Source: an uncultured Methanosarcinales archaeon
GTDB taxonomy: Archaea > Nanobdellota > Nanobdellia > Woesearchaeales > ARS49
Assembly (NCBI GenBank): GCA_964640255.1
Contig: CAZXEZ010000001.1
Coordinates: forward strand, 1-44,988
Direction: 5' to 3'
Length of the DNA: 44,988 bases
The position numbers were made by a program, and so were the translations under genes. The notes beneath the pieces were generated by a model. It ran no database searches, had not been told where the DNA came from, and saw only the letters and a program-made list of their open reading frames with translations. Shown here piece by piece: positions 44,601-44,988 of this stretch. Each line of letters opens with the position of its first letter. Position 1 is the stretch's first letter.

Positions 44601-44988
44601 GCCATTCAAAAAAGCGTTAAAAGTAGTGAGGAAGACTGCCGGCAAACCTATTGAAGAATTCCTGGGAAAATACGGCACAGAGGCAATAAAGTTCCTGGCA
44701 AAAATCTGGAAAAAAGGAAAATTAACACAGGTGGGCAGATTATTCAAAACAGCAGGCGACAAATGGAATAATCTTTACCACATATTAAAAAGCTCGATTG
44801 GAGAAAAAATAATACACAAATGGGGCGATACTGCGCAAGACGGCGCTGCCAAAATGGTAAAGGTGATGGACGGCAGCGAAGCAGAGACATTGCTAAAAAA
44901 CAATGAAGAGATTGCAGAAGCCATAAGCACAGAGATAGGCAGAAGAAGTGATGACTTCTCTAAAATAAAAATAGAGAAATATTATGAT
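38644..44988 (+). CDS. giant (>2115 aa) secreted subtilisin-like (S8) protease / surface protein, 3' end outside the window; absent from the supplied ORF track
   Basis: I read all 2115 codons from the ATG at 38644 to the window end without a stop. Signal peptide with FLSAC. Subtilase motifs ILDTG, GHGSHCAG, AAGN and SGTSMSTPMVAG. PPC-like domain (DDLDLYVYD). Two Cys-rich D.D.DG..CGG.DC.D.D..PG..E.C...D.DC modules. CARDB-like segment. Confidence 0.9.
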   Translation, partial: MKKTIKFPIGPILIFILISFCFFLSACSQDTITAKVVEPPQIGEESDLSETLSIGLTDSDIKTAEEISKEPEDIQEIRLEAPRPKVEPEIQKIIKEKPKEKVEVVMIVKNDRDLERISKLIEESSGDVKGKYKVGDVISAEIEAEKLEEISEDDAIEEIALEKEYFAFLNESIPQISIDTIAWASNYTGKGVKIAILDTGIDTTHEMFGSRIILSKSFNSEGVNDLNGHGSHCAGIAAGDGRYKGAAPDASLLNAKVLTSRGSGRTSNIIAGINWALDPDGNSSTDDGADIISMSFGGALTDLDGPLASAIKDAIDEGVVFIAAAGNCRQGCGSFFGVTMPGSMPEVITVGAVNENNNAASFSSGDTFHNYIKPDVTAPGANIMSATKNGGYKSASGTSMSTPMVAGLIALMLEKESLSHAQIKAKLENTAIDLGSSGKDIAYGSGLVNVSAIFASEVVEVNETEESEDNETEEIISNITISTDSKIIAEDVGEFRFLIKRNVSSNMSHAISHNKAIYARDLHRVYLEEVIFDTALNFTDYLYLNVPLGTSEEIEFINGNYSYVKYGDELVWYTGNAVYFFETLNISFNDTGLIAFLDSYSEQTSNNVGTDFESNVQNMKKIEEKVFDEINKKTIQKIKTTSSGKNTSFKLMYGGDDPDDAYTLDWGDREWESFYTEGADNWYYTETDVKGTLIFEITDISSGDDLDLYVYDYRADRLKCYSEEWGDDDEYCTVSKTTTNTWGFYILVYPYEIDGWRATGYIETDASCTAEWLDEWDCRSWGNLYRKYRNRDCTVEWEHYVDCDDYDDPGSWYCYNGDAKKVSYNYYCDSDVNRCDYNPTTDMYYCDSAEKCSSGSCVDKICSDYSNNGGTCSWSDYYFDNTYCVGSTNGDPAECEPFGNTYCWDYLDSCTSDQYCKDPIGSSQGAQCFDYECSVDSVSWDKTSAVVDTNVGITVQGSHCDSSDHVTFGVYENDCWGVLEASAQGNETNMTAQGICNDAVNKQPVKADFSSNKATSTWKAEWQSDVNGDPEHYVYAYLQGDSDDDTRSGNKLTVSCKDNDNDGHKSNTCGGDDCNDNDAAKYPGNTEICDQKDNDCDNQVDEDGACDCHLSSVSWDKTSASMSSTAGFKVYGDSNCNGKYASMQVWEYDWSSADDPVQNNPSNPKFSNGVASGSWTAEWQYDAGTKPEYYLKATQGSSTVTSSNQLTVSCTDSDGDGYTSSVCGGSDCNDADSNIHPGHTESCNGIDDDCNNRIDETFNFRIDNNNCGACHIRCGDIGQYYQCQNYVCIRQRVCGDNICEGPETSANCAQDCYGDLKVVSINAPSEVDQNDYVTIKATVENKGTYTDQLNIEAGIVPDYWRGTIFSMEDNMSIQAVGFTTKCCQGNAYYDAKTISLGAGDSEEVTFNVYAPKTTSTDACGQASSGYYSAWDTSHEVMVGIYPACGQSYTHSITKNIKVKETPCNFDSDCGPGATCEYDSDNPSNSACIPNPCETQCSSDNLYFCEGSSLYMCKMNITNGCYQRTSVQTCPVGYECINGKSSCQKIVANTELSIEEASAGTIVQKQSGDIITVKLKHNKNENIQLEYDHDSFALDTSTCPSDSFHITKDQACKFTISDYALGQYTFTVKNGNKRTVNVIYRPDYLIITNKAKLLTRFSGDKTGVNDLLAKAYRHADGADRKAVIYDMDDYIGGHPWEQLSDYKETPRVQVMTDNSYSLDIGYFIRDKCEKCEGVVILGGDFVVPYYRRDVNILDWKLFYSDTRIDKIYSEIPYIKRTEKDFAELDDLFIFKGSYRGKKVKLLLPDSVSSDMSSQIAKFKDVINKSYKPKIEEIKSKDIYCKDQKLFEQYDSATLLIIGTEENNNAYKCLPFVAGYENRDTAFIDINPWDGREYSVIINTDDPHVLEALTKTIENGEYKKLKAKGWWYVELSLEAASYLMLLGEVVTGIPLDTVADGADSVNDCWVRKDGISCKISVVMMGIPWIPGKPFKKALKVVRKTAGKPIEEFLGKYGTEAIKFLAKIWKKGKLTQVGRLFKTAGDKWNNLYHILKSSIGEKIIHKWGDTAQDGAAKMVKVMDGSEAETLLKNNEEIAEAISTEIGRRSDDFSKIKIEKYYD

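Noticed and set aside
38727-44762. Many 60-170 aa minus-strand and off-frame ORFs in the track (e.g. 38727..39200, 39255..39743, 40847..41347, 42259..42687, 44448..44762).
   Set aside because: They lie antisense to, or out of frame with, the uninterrupted 2115-codon plus-strand frame that carries clear subtilase motifs. Their translations are low-complexity Ser/Leu/Cys/His-rich shadow sequences.
1-44988. CRISPR arrays, rRNA genes, transposases and integrases.
   Set aside because: I found no regularly spaced short repeats, no rRNA-like sequence and no ORF with recognisable recombinase or transposase motifs. The repeats present are gene-end duplicates and the 119-nt family.
44400-44988. Polymorphic-toxin pre-toxin/toxin module at the distal end of the giant protease.
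   Set aside because: There is only a vague impression from hydrophobic segments followed by a basic helical region. I could recognise no diagnostic PT-HINT/PT-TG/VENN or toxin motif, and the protein end is outside the window.

Overview
AT-rich archaeal contig. Evidence for archaeal origin: TTTATAAA/TTTAAATA TATA boxes about 25-35 nt upstream of most starts, a type-2 methionine aminopeptidase, pyrB-pyrI, DUF2683 and COG2405-type PIN genes. The gene content looks DPANN-like, but that is inference.

Housekeeping genes: pyrB (5' partial), pyrI, hisS next to tRNA-His, ftsZ, map, an S2P/M50 protease, an S26-like signal peptidase, a DEAD-box helicase, a cold-shock protein and a serpin. Between them are many small accessory genes: PIN-like genes, a RelE-like/DUF2683 pair, a HEPN/MNT pair and PD-(D/E)XK-like nucleases.

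The 3' third of the window holds two giant secreted surface proteins. One is 1491 aa. The other is over 2115 aa, contains a subtilase domain, runs off the window end and is missing from the supplied ORF track.

The most unusual signal recurs at four loci: tRNA-His, a 146-aa gene, map and the S2P protease. DNA blocks of 0.13-1.4 kb sit exactly at the 3' end of a gene and are bounded distally by a second copy of that gene's terminal 29-210 nt. These copies differ from the live gene mostly at synonymous or base-pair-compensating positions. At map, three such blocks are stacked in series. No recombinase is visible in the window.

One of the inserted sequences belongs to a 119-nt repeat family (three full copies and one partial) with compensatory changes in its stems, which suggests a structured RNA or MITE-like element.

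Other oddities: a dCTP-deaminase (DCD family) fused to a YmaB-like Nudix domain, an Rrf2 regulator with ACG at the start position, a tandem paralog with two in-frame stops, and a PIN gene frameshifted at a G6 run.
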